In this document: in pieces, positions 8,834 to 18,902 of the stretch
How positions within the stretch are numbered: position 1 is the stretch's first letter
How the letters are laid out: every line of letters begins with the position of its first letter
Assembly: GCF_965247905.1 (NCBI RefSeq)
Contig: NZ_OZ252047.1
Span: 1,622,845 to 1,686,844 of the forward strand
Origin: Candidatus Spongiihabitans sp.
GTDB taxonomy: Bacteria; Pseudomonadota; Gammaproteobacteria; Arenicellales; Poriferihabitantaceae
Direction of reading: 5' to 3'
Length of the DNA stretch: 64,000 nucleotides
Program-made: the position numbers and the translations under genes
The notes under the pieces: model-generated
What the model saw: only the letters and a program-made list of their open reading frames with translations
Told to the model about the DNA's origin: nothing
Databases searched by the model: none

Positions 8834-10135
8834 TTAGCTTTTAATTTCTTCAGGATAGGCTGTACCAACCACTTCAACATCCATACCCGCTCGTTGAATT
8901 GCATCGCTGGCGCGAAGTATGCCACACATTTTGAAAATCAGTGAGATTACGTATCCAGGGATAAAACCCAGTAGGACCATAACAATCATGCCCTTAAACT
9001 GACCCATGAAAGTCGCTGGGGGAATGTCGGCAGAGAACTCTGGATAACCACCCATAAATATGCCAACAGCGAGCACACCCCAGATACCGCAAATACCGTG
9101 AACAGATACCGCGCCTACTGCGTCGTCAATACCCATACGCTCGAAAACACCCGCGGCCCATGGACCGAGAATACCGCCCGCGAAGGCTATGGCGAAACAC
9201 AAACTTGGGTCCCAGACATCCATGCCCGCAGCTACGGAGATAATCCCGCAAAGGGCTCCGGACATCATCCAGAAAGGATCCCGGGTCATGGCGTAACAAC
9301 CAATAATGCCGCCTGCTACCCCCATCAGCGTATTGAAAGTAATTGCTGATAGTGTTGTTGGCTGACCGTAGATGTTGGTCCAATTTACTGGGTCAAAACT
9401 TACTCCAGTTCCCGGAAAGATGAGGCAACCACCCAGAAAGCCAAAGAAACCAAAAACAATCAGCATTAATCCCGCACAGGTCATGGGCAAACTATGACCT
9501 TTGATTACGTTGGCTGAGCCATCGTCGTTGTATTTGCCGATTCGAGGTCCAAGATTGACCAAAATACCCAGGGCAAAAAACCCTGAAATGATATGTACCA
9601 CACCAGAGGCGCCAAAATCATGGTATCCCCACCCAGTCACCATCCAGCCAGCATAGTGCCATCCCCACGATGCAGAAAGATTCCAGACCACAGAGCCGAG
9701 CACCACCGCCAGCACGATGAATGCAGCCATTCTGATACGCTCGATAACCGCACCAGACATGATGGAAGCCGTTGTACAGGCGAATAAGGTAAACGCACCC
9801 CAGAATACGCCCGTGGCATGATCCTGCAGGTTTGGACCCATGGAATCACCCCATGGCACACCGCCTGCACCTGCTTCGAAATCTGGTATGAAACCATTGA
9901 TCATTGCCAGATATATCCACCATCCAAACATATAGAATGTTGGAATCATGAATGCAAAGGCAAGAATGTTTTTGGTGCTGGAAGCCAGGGTGTTTTTGAC
10001 GCGGGAGGCGCCCATTTCGTACATCAAAAAGCCAGCGTGAATCAGGATCATTATGGCGGTACACCAATAATAATAAACCTCGAGGTTTATTGTATTGGCC
10101 GCCATAACGGCCGCTTCGAGTTCTTCTAGAGTCAT
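8834..10135 (-). CDS. amt: ammonium (possibly methylammonium) transporter, Amt family
   Basis: 433 aa polytopic protein with Amt signatures (DFGASGVVHIISGFFAL, VHGICGIWGVLAVGIF). Confidence 0.9.
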   Translation of the reverse strand: MTLEELEAAVMAANTINLEVYYYWCTAIMILIHAGFLMYEMGASRVKNTLASSTKNILAFAFMIPTFYMFGWWIYLAMINGFIPDFEAGAGGVPWGDSMGPNLQDHATGVFWGAFTLFACTTASIMSGAVIERIRMAAFIVLAVVLGSVVWNLSASWGWHYAGWMVTGWGYHDFGASGVVHIISGFFALGILVNLGPRIGKYNDDGSANVIKGHSLPMTCAGLMLIVFGFFGFLGGCLIFPGTGVSFDPVNWTNIYGQPTTLSAITFNTLMGVAGGIIGCYAMTRDPFWMMSGALCGIISVAAGMDVWDPSLCFAIAFAGGILGPWAAGVFERMGIDDAVGAVSVHGICGIWGVLAVGIFMGGYPEFSADIPPATFMGQFKGMIVMVLLGFIPGYVISLIFKMCGILRASDAIQRAGMDVEVVGTAYPEEIKS

Positions 10136-10458
10136 TTGCTCCCTCCTGTAATAAGGTTGCTTACAAATTGTTTTGCGTTATGGCCACCTCCAAGCATCAG
10201 GATATACCAAAGATTCCAACTTGTGGCGGCCTGCTTATTGTATCCGTCGCCTCTACGAAAACAGGCAACGGCTATCCATTTTACTTGCTTACGAAAAATA
10301 TAAAAACTGTTTTTTGCGCCATTTGGTATAGAAATGGTTTGGTGCTGGCCTTGCAAACTGAGACGAAATTCCCGCTTGCTCGGTAACTTGCGGCCGACCT
10401 GCATTATTTAGGGGGCAAATTGTTTTGTACAAAATACGGTATAATTCCGCCGAATTTC

Positions 10459-10474
10459 TGGCACAACATTAGCT
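10459..10474 (+). promoter_or_regulatory. sigma54-type -24/-12 element (TGGCAC-N5-TAGCT)
   Basis: GG and GC with consensus spacing, one mismatch to TGGCAC-N5-TTGCW, about 100 nt upstream of the cytochrome c ATG. A second weaker match, TGGTGC-N5-TTGCA, lies at 10340-10355. Confidence 0.3.
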
Positions 10475-10572
10475 GATTCGAAAAGCGATATGACAATTAT
10501 TACCGAGTCAGTAATTATGAGTCAGCAGTCATACAACATCAGTTTTAATTGTATTTTTTATTTGATTAGCGA

Positions 10573-11034
10573 ATGATGAAACATTTTAGTATTGCTGTTA
10601 CCAGTGTTATGACCAGCGTTATGGCCATTTTGCTGTTTTCAAATGCGCTTGCCCATCACAATTCACCTGAATCCCTGGAAGCAAGAGTGGCGGCCGTAGG
10701 GACGTTAAACATTGGCAGCGACGGCGCTGCAGCAGGCGCCGCAACCAGCGAAGCCGATTCTGCCGCCGCTGAAGACGGCGTGCAAGATGGCGAAACGGTT
10801 TACAACACGACCTGCGCCGCCTGTCATGCCAGCGGCGTTGCCGGCGCACCGATTTTAGGAGCAGTCGACGACTGGGAGGAGCGCATTGAACAGGGAATGG
10901 ATAGTCTGGTAGAACGTGCGCTGCTGGGTTTTACCGGGTCGTCCGGGGTAATGCCGCCTAAAGGCGGCAACGTTTCTCTGAGCGATGATGCAGTCACCGC
11001 TGCGGTGCAGTTTATGGTGGATCAAATTAAGTAA
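10573..11034 (+). CDS. c-type cytochrome (cytochrome c5 family), secreted
   Basis: signal peptide, Ala-rich linker, single CAACH haem motif, downstream MPPKG Met ligand region. Confidence 0.8.
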   Translation: MMKHFSIAVTSVMTSVMAILLFSNALAHHNSPESLEARVAAVGTLNIGSDGAAAGAATSEADSAAAEDGVQDGETVYNTTCAACHASGVAGAPILGAVDDWEERIEQGMDSLVERALLGFTGSSGVMPPKGGNVSLSDDAVTAAVQFMVDQIK

Positions 11035-11095
11035 AAAACATGCCTGTTGATTCATGCCTGCTTGATTTAAGGGCACGCTAAATACCCGATATTCA

Positions 11096-11920
11096 TTGAT
11101 GTCCGAAAACAATATACTGCTAACCCAAAAGCAGGGCGGTGTCACAACCCTTACCCTGAATCGCCCGCAACGATACAACGCATTGTCGAGCGAACTGCTG
11201 AGTTTGTTATCCGCTGAGCTTGATGCTATCGCGGCCGATTCAACCATCCGTGCTGTTGTCGTTGCTGCCAGCGGGCAAGCATTTTGCGCCGGTCACGACC
11301 TCAAGGAAATGCGTCGGCAAATGCGCCAGAATGAGGACCAAAAATCACAGCATCAATCACTCAGCGGGCAGTCACTCAGCAGGCAGTTATTCAGCGAGTG
11401 CAGTGAAATGATGATGAAACTGGTTAACTTGCCGCAGCCGGTCATCGCAAAAGTGCAGGGCATGGCGACTGCGGCCGGCTGTCAATTGGTCGCGACCTGT
11501 GATCTCGCGGTCGCGGCAAGCAGCGTAAAATTCGCCGTCTCCGGCATTCGCGTCGGATTGTTTTGCGCCACCCCCGCAGTCGCATTGAGTCGAAATATTA
11601 ATCGTAAACACGCACTGGAAATGCTCATGACCGGCGAGTTCATCGATGCTCAAAGCGCATTGAATTATGGGCTGATTAACCAAGTCGTGCCTTCAGAAAA
11701 CCTTGATCAAGCAGTCGATGATTTGGTTGGCAAAATTATTCGCCATCCCCATCGCGTGGTGACTCTGGGCAAGAAAATGTTCTACCAACAAATCAACCAG
11801 GATTTAAGTGCGGCTTATGCGCATGCGACGGACACCATATCTGCAAATATGATGCTCGATGAAACCCAGGAAGGAATTGATGCTTTCATCGAAAAACGCC
11901 CTCCCAATTGGACATTGTAA
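11096..11920 (+). CDS. enoyl-CoA hydratase/isomerase family protein
   Basis: crotonase fold motifs (AFCAGHDLKEM, ATAAGCQLVATCDL). Confidence 0.85.
   Translation: MMSENNILLTQKQGGVTTLTLNRPQRYNALSSELLSLLSAELDAIAADSTIRAVVVAASGQAFCAGHDLKEMRRQMRQNEDQKSQHQSLSGQSLSRQLFSECSEMMMKLVNLPQPVIAKVQGMATAAGCQLVATCDLAVAASSVKFAVSGIRVGLFCATPAVALSRNINRKHALEMLMTGEFIDAQSALNYGLINQVVPSENLDQAVDDLVGKIIRHPHRVVTLGKKMFYQQINQDLSAAYAHATDTISANMMLDETQEGIDAFIEKRPPNWTL
11357..11386 (+). repeat. in-frame 15-bp tandem repeat x2 (plus a degenerate third unit) inside the hydratase gene
   Basis: TCACTCAGCGGGCAG / TCACTCAGCAGGCAG encoding SLSGQ SLSRQ. Confidence 0.8.
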
Positions 11921-11968
11921 AACGCCATCAGGACTTAAATAAGGCAGGACTTAAACAAAGACTTAAAA

Positions 11969-13078
11969 ATGACTGAATACAATATTGCGGTGTTGGCAGG
12001 AGACGGCATTGGCGAAGAGATCATGGAACAGGCTATCAAGGTGCTCAAGGTAGTCGAATCGCGAAACCACGTTGCCTTTAACCTGAGGCCGGGATTATTC
12101 GGCGCCGCGGCCTGGTTTGAAACCGGCAGCAGCTTTCCCGAGGAGACCATCGCCATCTGCGACCAAGCCGATGCGATCTTGAAAGGCACCGTTGGGCTCA
12201 GCCACGAGGAAGCGAAAAAAATTCCCATCGACCAACAGCCCGAGCGCGGCGGCTTGCTGCCAATGCGCAGGCGCTACGATACCTATGCGAATTTCAGGCC
12301 GGTATATCTGCCGCCTTGCTGTGCGCGCTTCTCGCCGCTAAAACCGGAAATCATCGGTGCTGGCATTGACATTATGATCATCCGCGAATTAGTGGGCGGC
12401 TTGTATTTTGGAAAAAAAGAAACCGGGGTGGACGAACGCGGACTGCGCTTTGCGCGGGAAACGCTTGAATACGACGAACAGCAAATCAGGCGCATTGTGA
12501 AAATTGGTTTTGAATCGGCCATGAAACGCAGAAAATTGCTGCACAGTATTCACAAAAGCAATGTGTTGAAATCCAGCGTGTTGTGGACCGATGTGGTCGG
12601 CGAAGTGGCACAAGATTTTCCTGAGGTGGAAGTCCAACATATGCTGGTCGATGCGGCGGCCACGCATTTATGCCTGAACCCGGGGCAGTTTGATGTCATG
12701 GTCATGGAAAATTTGTTTGGCGATATTCTCAGCGATCAGGCCGGCGGGATTTTGGGCTCGCTGGGTCTGATGCCGTCGGCATGCGTGGGCCCGGACAAGG
12801 CGTATTACGAACCCGCGCATGGCTCGGCGCCGGATATTGCGGGCAAGAACATCGCCAATCCGTACGCCATGATCGGCTCGGTGGCAATGATGCTTGATAT
12901 GAGTTTTCAAATGACCGAGGAGGCCGGCAACCTGTGGCAAGCCATGCAATCCGTATTTGCGGCCGGTTACGCCACGCCTGATTTGTCAAAGCCCGGCGCC
13001 GGCCTGACCATGGTCAGCACCGGCGAGTTTGGCGACCGGGTGGTGGCCGCGTTGAACAGCCTGCCGATTACGCATTAG
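11969..13078 (+). CDS. isocitrate/isopropylmalate dehydrogenase family enzyme (3-isopropylmalate / tartrate dehydrogenase-like)
   Basis: AVLAGDGIGEEI N-terminus, RELVGGLYFG, ENLFGDILSD signature. Confidence 0.8.
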   Translation: MTEYNIAVLAGDGIGEEIMEQAIKVLKVVESRNHVAFNLRPGLFGAAAWFETGSSFPEETIAICDQADAILKGTVGLSHEEAKKIPIDQQPERGGLLPMRRRYDTYANFRPVYLPPCCARFSPLKPEIIGAGIDIMIIRELVGGLYFGKKETGVDERGLRFARETLEYDEQQIRRIVKIGFESAMKRRKLLHSIHKSNVLKSSVLWTDVVGEVAQDFPEVEVQHMLVDAAATHLCLNPGQFDVMVMENLFGDILSDQAGGILGSLGLMPSACVGPDKAYYEPAHGSAPDIAGKNIANPYAMIGSVAMMLDMSFQMTEEAGNLWQAMQSVFAAGYATPDLSKPGAGLTMVSTGEFGDRVVAALNSLPITH

Positions 13079-13114
13079 CCTTATGCCAATCAATAACGGC
13101 ATGAACTAAAATGA

Positions 13115-13919
13115 ATGACGCAAAATGACATCCTGACCATCCCGCCCGACTTTACCCCCGATCAATCCACCTTGGCCGAGCGCGTCGTTCTGGTAACCGC
13201 AGCGGCATCGGAAATTGGCAGTGCGGTGGTATTGGCTGCGGCCAAATCGGGGGCCGTGGTGTTGATGCTGGACCGGAAACAGCATTCCATGACCGCGCGA
13301 TATGACGCAATATGCGCTCAGGGGTTGGCCGAACCGATGATGATTGAGTTTGATATGGTGCGCGCTGATTCTGATGCCTTTGAAACGCTAGGGACATCGT
13401 TACTGGCTCAGTTTCCGGAAATTCATGGCCTGGTGCATTGTGCAATGTGGGGAGCTGCGCTCACCCCTGCGCCGCATGCGGAAATGGAAGCCTGGTCAAA
13501 AGTATTGGACCAACAGTTGATAAAACCCATGTATCTAACCAGAACGCTTTGTCCAAATCTAAATCACCCCAACCCGGCATCAATCATTTTCAGCGTGATG
13601 GACATTGGGCGGGCGGGGCGCGGTTGGTGCGGCATTTGCTGGCGTGGAAAATCTTTGTGAATCATTAAGCGCGGAATTTTCCGATTATAAAATCCGGGTG
13701 AACACGCTGGATGCGGGCAAGGTCAAGACCGCAATTCGGAAACACTTTTACCCCGGTGAGCCCGATAAAGGGTTGCGCGCGGCAAACGATGTTGACATTG
13801 TTAACGCCTATCTATATCTGTTGTCGGACGCAAGCGTTCGGTACACCGCCAAACGATTCTCGGTCGCGCCTTTGGAAGTCCTGACTAATCAGGCGACACG
13901 GAACACTCCGCAGGGGTGA
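13115..13919 (+). pseudogene. YciK-like short-chain dehydrogenase, frameshifted and catalytically degenerate
   Basis: two ORFs (13115..13660 and 13605..13919) together align to one SDR. The frame changes by +1 in the G-rich run near 13610-13625. The region that should hold YxxxK reads VGAAF. Confidence 0.6.
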
Positions 13920-14303
13920 CGTTCTTGAGCGAGGGCAGGCCGACGTAGCGGGACGCCATACCACACGCTCAGGGCGTGCGCCGGCCACACCGCCGGGCGC
14001 AGTGGTTTTGCGACGCCTGCTAACGGGGAGGGTGTGCTTATACTGTCATTGGCGGAGTCAGCCAAAATGAGATACCATAAGTGATGATTAGAATGGCGGA
14101 AACACGGTCGCCCATGAGCGCATAATGAGCGCATAATCCCTTTAGAGCATAGCCCCTTGCCCGATATTAATTCTGCCGATGTAACAGGCGACCGGATATC
14201 TTGTCTGTTTTGGCCATGTCTGTTTTAAGCGGGGTGTTCAATGGGGTCTATCCGCAGGTTGAACGCTGGTCGCGGTCGGCTATATTCCGGGAGGCTAAGT
14301 TAA

Positions 14304-15182
14304 GTGCTTGCGGCTAACCTGCAAACGCAGTCGAATTGGCAGGCCGAGTTGCGGCTTCAGTTCGGCTGCGACGAGGGCCGCACGGTATTGCGCTCGCGGC
14401 GGTCGCGCGGCCCTCTGGTCGTGCAAAAGCCGTTGTATCCCGAAGGCGACAGCGTCTGCCATATCTATCTGATTCATCCGCCGGGCGGTGTGGTGGGGGG
14501 AGATAGCTTGCAACTCGAGATGGTATTGGAAGCGCGCGCCAAGGTCCTCCTGACCACGCCGGGCGCGACCAAGTTCTACCGCAGTGCCGGCGCGGCCGCA
14601 ACGCAAAGGCAAAGCCTGACTATCGGCGCCGATGCCGCGCTGGAGTGGTTGCCGCAGGATACGATTCTGTTTTCAGGCAGCCAGGTTGAGATGGCGACAA
14701 CGGTGCAGTTGGAGAAGACCGCGCGTTTCATTGGCTGGGATATGACCTGTCTGGGTCTTCCGGCCTCCGGTGACCGCTATACTAGCGGCAGCCTTGACCA
14801 GCAATACCAAATTTTGCGGGGCGCTGAGCCGTTGCTGATAGAGAGAAATCGCTACTTGCCCAAGCATAACTTGTCGCATAACCCGGCGCATGACCCGTCC
14901 CATGACTTGTTGCAGGCGCAATGGGGTCTGGCTGGAAACACGGTGGTCGCAACTCTGTACGCCGTGCCTGCGACCACCGCTATGCTGGGGCTGGTGCGCG
15001 ATAATTTATCGCCGCGCGAGGGGGTCCGCTGCGCCAGCACCTGTCTGAACGATGTACTGGTGTTCCGATGCGCCGGGCGCAGCGCCGAGCAATGCCGCGA
15101 ATTGCTTGTGCAAGTGTGGAAGTTGTTGCGCCAACCCGTATTGCAGCGCGCGGTCTGCGTGCCCCGAATCTGGAACACCTGA
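14304..15182 (+). CDS. ureD: urease accessory protein UreD
   Basis: UreD-like sequence, GTG start, first gene of the urease cluster. Confidence 0.8.
   Translation: MLAANLQTQSNWQAELRLQFGCDEGRTVLRSRRSRGPLVVQKPLYPEGDSVCHIYLIHPPGGVVGGDSLQLEMVLEARAKVLLTTPGATKFYRSAGAAATQRQSLTIGADAALEWLPQDTILFSGSQVEMATTVQLEKTARFIGWDMTCLGLPASGDRYTSGSLDQQYQILRGAEPLLIERNRYLPKHNLSHNPAHDPSHDLLQAQWGLAGNTVVATLYAVPATTAMLGLVRDNLSPREGVRCASTCLNDVLVFRCAGRSAEQCRELLVQVWKLLRQPVLQRAVCVPRIWNT
14865..14912 (+). repeat. in-frame degenerate 12-bp tandem repeat x4 inside ureD
   Basis: CATAACTTGTCG CATAACCCGGCG CATGACCCGTCC CATGACTTGTTG encoding HNLS HNPA HDPS HDLL. Confidence 0.7.
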
Positions 15183-15294
15183 TAGCGTATGGGATGTCGC
15201 ATGGTCAGCGCCCGAGGTATTGCATCGTGTTATTGCACAATGATATGGCATAGTGTTATGGTGCGGTGTTACTGCCTGGCGAGGAAAATGCACA

Positions 15295-15597
15295 ATGGAA
15301 TTAAGCCCGAAAGAAAAGGATAAACTGCTGGTTTTCACCGCCGCGCTGGTGGCGGAAAAACGCCTGGCGCGCGGCGTTAAGTTGAATTATCCGGAGACCG
15401 TGGCTTTCATCTCCGCGGCGATTATGGAAGGCGCGCGCGACGGCCGGACGGTGGTGGAATTGATGGCCTATGGCACAACCTTGCTGCGCCGCGAGGATGT
15501 CATGGAAGGGATCGCGGAGATGGTGCCGGACATCCAGGTCGAGGCGACTTTCCCCGATGGCACCAAGCTGGTGACCGTGCACAACCCCATTCCTTAA
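15295..15597 (+). CDS. ureA: urease subunit gamma
   Basis: [34 protein letters not shown] canonical UreA N-terminus; start at internal ATG 15295 of ORF 15253..15597. Confidence 0.95.
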   Translation: MELSPKEKDKLLVFTAALVAEKRLARGVKLNYPETVAFISAAIMEGARDGRTVVELMAYGTTLLRREDVMEGIAEMVPDIQVEATFPDGTKLVTVHNPIP

Positions 15598-15626
15598 GGA
15601 GGGCCATCTATTATGGACCTGATGTT

Positions 15627-15950
15627 ATGAAACCCGATGTCATGAAACCAGGTGAACTCATTGTCGTGCAGGGCGACATCCAACTCAATGCAGGTCGGGA
15701 TACGCTGACACTTACCGTGTCCAACACCGGCGACCGGCCGATTCAGGTAGGCTCGCATTACCACTTTTATGAAACCAATTCGGCGCTCGATTTCGAGCGC
15801 GAGGCGGCGCGTGGTTTCCGCCTGGATATTGCGGCTGGCACCGCGATACGCTTTGAGCCGGGGCAGGCGCGCACCGTTGGCTTGGTTGCCTTGGCCGGTC
15901 GGCGACATGTGTATGGGTTCAACGGCCGAGTGATGGGGGCGCTGGATTAA
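15627..15950 (+). CDS. ureB: urease subunit beta
   Basis: [17 protein letters not shown] canonical UreB motif. Confidence 0.95.
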   Translation: MKPDVMKPGELIVVQGDIQLNAGRDTLTLTVSNTGDRPIQVGSHYHFYETNSALDFEREAARGFRLDIAAGTAIRFEPGQARTVGLVALAGRRHVYGFNGRVMGALD

Positions 15951-15954
15951 TCCG

Positions 15955-16048
15955 TATCCGCAGATGACGCAGATATTATTAATCTTTTCTGTATCCGCGT
16001 TAATCTGCGGCATCTGCGGATAATCTCTTCATCTGTGGAATCTGCGGA
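15955..16048. repeat. repeat-rich ureB-ureC spacer (ATCTGCGGA family, both orientations)
   Basis: perfect 12-bp inverted repeat TATCCGCAGATG (15955-15966) / CATCTGCGGATA (16011-16022). Direct copies of ATCTG(C/T)GG at 16003, 16012, 16031 and 16040, ending at the ureC ATG. Confidence 0.8.
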
Positions 16049-17752
16049 ATGACCACCATCGACCGGCAAGCCTATGCTGAAATGTTCGGGCCAACCACCG
16101 GCGACCGCGTGTGCCTGGCGGATACCGACTTGCTGATTGAAGTCGAAAAGGATTTCGCCAGTTACGGGGAAGAGGTCAAATTCGGCGGCGGCAAAGTTAT
16201 CCGCGATGGCATGGGTCAGAGCCAACTCGGCGAGAAAGACGTGGTCGATGCGGTCATTACCAATGCCCTGATTCTGGATTACTGGGGAATCGTCAAAGCC
16301 GATGTTGGCATTAAGAACGGCAATATCGACGGCATTGGCAAAGCCGGCAACCCGGATATTCAGCCCAATGTGGGTATCGTCATTGGGCCGAGTACCGAGG
16401 CAATTGCCGGCGAGGGCTTGATTCTGACCGCCGGCGGCATCGACGCGCATATTCACTTCATCTGCCCGCAACAGATTGAAGAGGCCTTGATGTCGGGCGT
16501 GACCACCATGCTGGGCGGCGGCACCGGCCCGGCCACTGGCACCAAGGCGACCACTTGTACGCCGGGGGCGTGGAATATTTCGCGCATGTTGCAGGCGGCC
16601 GATGGCCTGCCTATGAACCTCGGTTTTATGGGCAAGAGCAATGCCAGCCGCGCCGCGCCGTTGCGCGAGCAGGTTGCGGCCGGCGCCATGGGCTTAAAAC
16701 TGCATGAAGATTGGGGCGCCACCCCGGCTGCTATTGATGTCTGCCTGAGCGTGGCCGATGAAACCGATGTGCAGGTGGCGATTCACACCGACACCTTGAA
16801 CGAATCCGGGTTTGTGGAAACCACCATGGCCGCGTTCAAGAGGCGCACCATCCACACCTACCACACCGAGGGCGCTGGCGGCGGTCATGCGCCGGACATC
16901 ATCAAGGCTTGCGGCGAGGCCAATGTGCTGCCGTCCTCAACCAATCCGACGCGCCCGTATACCGTCAACACGCTGGACGAACACCTCGATATGCTGATGG
17001 TTTGCCATCATCTGGACGCGAGCATCGCCGAGGACGTGGCCTTTGCGGAATCACGCATCCGCCGCGAGACCATCGCCGCCGAAGATATTCTGCACGATCT
17101 CGGCGCGTTCTCGATGATTGCCTCCGATTCCCAGGCCATGGGGCGGGTCGGCGAGGTGATTATCCGCAGTTGGCAGACCACGCATAAGATGAAAACGCAG
17201 CGCGGGCCGTTGGCGCAGGACAGCGCGCGCAACGACAACTTCCGGGCAAAACGCTACATTGCCAAATACACCATCAACCCGGCCGTGGCGCATGGCATAG
17301 ACGCGCTGGTCGGCTCGGTGGAGGTCGGTAAACTGGCCGATCTGGTGTTGTGGAAGCCGGCCTTTTTCGGCGTGAAACCGGCCCTGATCATCAAGGGCGG
17401 CATGATCGCGGCGGCGCCGATGGGCGACCCCAACGCGTCTATTCCCACGCCGCAGCCGGTGCATTACCGCCCGATGTTTGGCGCGGTCGGCGGCGCGCTC
17501 GCCGCGACCTCGGTGTCGTTCGTCTCACAAGCCGCGCTGGACGGCGGCGTCAAACAGGCGCTCGATCTGAACAAGCGCGTGCACGCGGTGCGCGGCACCC
17601 GTTCCATCGGCAAGGCGGATATGCGCAACAATGATTATCTGCCGGTTATCGAGGTTGACCCGCAAACCTACGAGGTCAGGGCCGACGGCGAACTGCTGAC
17701 CTGCGAGCCAGCCGATATTTTGCCGCTGGCGCAGCGTTATTTCCTGTTCTGA
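16049..17752 (+). CDS. ureC: urease subunit alpha
   Basis: 567 aa; [23 protein letters not shown] (carbamylated Lys region), MVCHHLD. Confidence 0.97.
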   Translation: MTTIDRQAYAEMFGPTTGDRVCLADTDLLIEVEKDFASYGEEVKFGGGKVIRDGMGQSQLGEKDVVDAVITNALILDYWGIVKADVGIKNGNIDGIGKAGNPDIQPNVGIVIGPSTEAIAGEGLILTAGGIDAHIHFICPQQIEEALMSGVTTMLGGGTGPATGTKATTCTPGAWNISRMLQAADGLPMNLGFMGKSNASRAAPLREQVAAGAMGLKLHEDWGATPAAIDVCLSVADETDVQVAIHTDTLNESGFVETTMAAFKRRTIHTYHTEGAGGGHAPDIIKACGEANVLPSSTNPTRPYTVNTLDEHLDMLMVCHHLDASIAEDVAFAESRIRRETIAAEDILHDLGAFSMIASDSQAMGRVGEVIIRSWQTTHKMKTQRGPLAQDSARNDNFRAKRYIAKYTINPAVAHGIDALVGSVEVGKLADLVLWKPAFFGVKPALIIKGGMIAAAPMGDPNASIPTPQPVHYRPMFGAVGGALAATSVSFVSQAALDGGVKQALDLNKRVHAVRGTRSIGKADMRNNDYLPVIEVDPQTYEVRADGELLTCEPADILPLAQRYFLF

Positions 17753-17754
17753 TC

Positions 17755-18231
17755 ATGCGCCTGGTGCGCTACACCGAACGTGTTCAAGCCCGGTTGGAGG
17801 CGGATGCGGTGAAGGTGGATGACTGCGCCACGATGCCGTTTGAACAACGCCAGAAAACGCGCTTGCGGATTGTGCTGGATCGCTCCGGCGCCGAGGTCGG
17901 CGTGATGCTGCCGCGCGGTTCGGTGCTGCGAGACGGCGATCTGCTGCGCGCCGCCGACGCGACTATAATCCAGATCATTGCCGCCAAAGAAGCGGTCTCG
18001 ACCGTGTTCAACGAGGATGCCGGCCTGCTCGCCCGCGCCGCCTATCATCTAGGCAATCGGCATGTGCACGTGCAGATTGGCGAGGGCTGGATTCGCTATC
18101 TCACCGATCATGTGTTAGACGGCATGCTGGCGTCCATGGGTTGCGAGGTAACGCATCAGCGGGTGCCGTTTGAGCCGGAAGGCGGCGCCTACCATGCCCA
18201 TCACCCGGCCCATCATCATGATCATCAATAG
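17755..18231 (+). CDS. ureE: urease accessory protein UreE
   Basis: UreE fold sequence with His-rich tail AYHAHHPAHHHDHQ. Confidence 0.9.
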   Translation: MRLVRYTERVQARLEADAVKVDDCATMPFEQRQKTRLRIVLDRSGAEVGVMLPRGSVLRDGDLLRAADATIIQIIAAKEAVSTVFNEDAGLLARAAYHLGNRHVHVQIGEGWIRYLTDHVLDGMLASMGCEVTHQRVPFEPEGGAYHAHHPAHHHDHQ

Positions 18232-18235
18232 CAGC

Positions 18236-18902
18236 ATGGCTGACTCGCAACGTCTCTGGCAGTTGATCAGCCCGACCTTGCCGGTGGGCGCATACGCATA
18301 TTCCCCAGGGGCTGGAATACGCGGTTGAGGCGCGTTGGCTGCGCGATGAAAAAACCTGCCTGGAATGGATTGCCGGCTTGGCGACGCAGGTCATGCCCTA
18401 TGTGGATTTGCCCTTGCTGCACCGAATGTACCAAGCGTGGCAGCGCAATGATGTCGCGGCCGCGATGAAGTGGAATCGCTATCTTCTGGCGATGCGCGAA
18501 TCGAGCGAATTATTGCAGGAGGATTGCGCCATGGGGCGGGCGCTCGCGAGGTTGGCGCACGATTTGGAGTGCGCGCTGCCGACCTCGCTACGCTCAACCG
18601 ACGCGCTCAGTTACGCCGCGGCGTTCGCTTGGCTGAGCGTGTGTTGGGACATCGAGGCGCGCGATGCGCTGCGCGGATATTGGTGGTCGTGGTGCGAGAA
18701 TCAGGTCGCGGCTGCGGTCAAGTTAATCCCACTCGGGCAGACCGCCGGGCAACGCATGTTGCTTGAACTCGGCGCCGCCATGCCCGATGTCGTTGCGCGC
18801 GGCATGGCTTGCGCCGATGACGACATCGGCATGACCGCGCACGGTCTCGGCATCGCCAGCGCGCTACATGAAACCCAGCACACGCGGTTGTTTCGGTCGT
18901 GA
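18236..18902 (+). pseudogene. ureF: urease accessory protein UreF, disrupted by a +1 frameshift
   Basis: ATG 18236 gives MADSQRLWQLISPTLPVGAYAYS, then a premature stop at 18326. Removing one C from the CCCC run at 18303-18306 restores QGLEYAVEARWL and joins ORF 18378..18902. Confidence 0.75.

Noticed and set aside
10132-10404. 90-aa minus-strand ORF upstream of amt
   Set aside because: It would overlap the amt start; there is no RBS or recognisable motif, and the region is better explained as the amt/cytochrome c intergenic regulatory region.
13889-14134. 81-aa minus-strand ORF between the SDR remnant and ureD
   Set aside because: Arg/Pro/Ala-rich translation in a GC-rich spacer with no start context and no motif; treated as non-coding.
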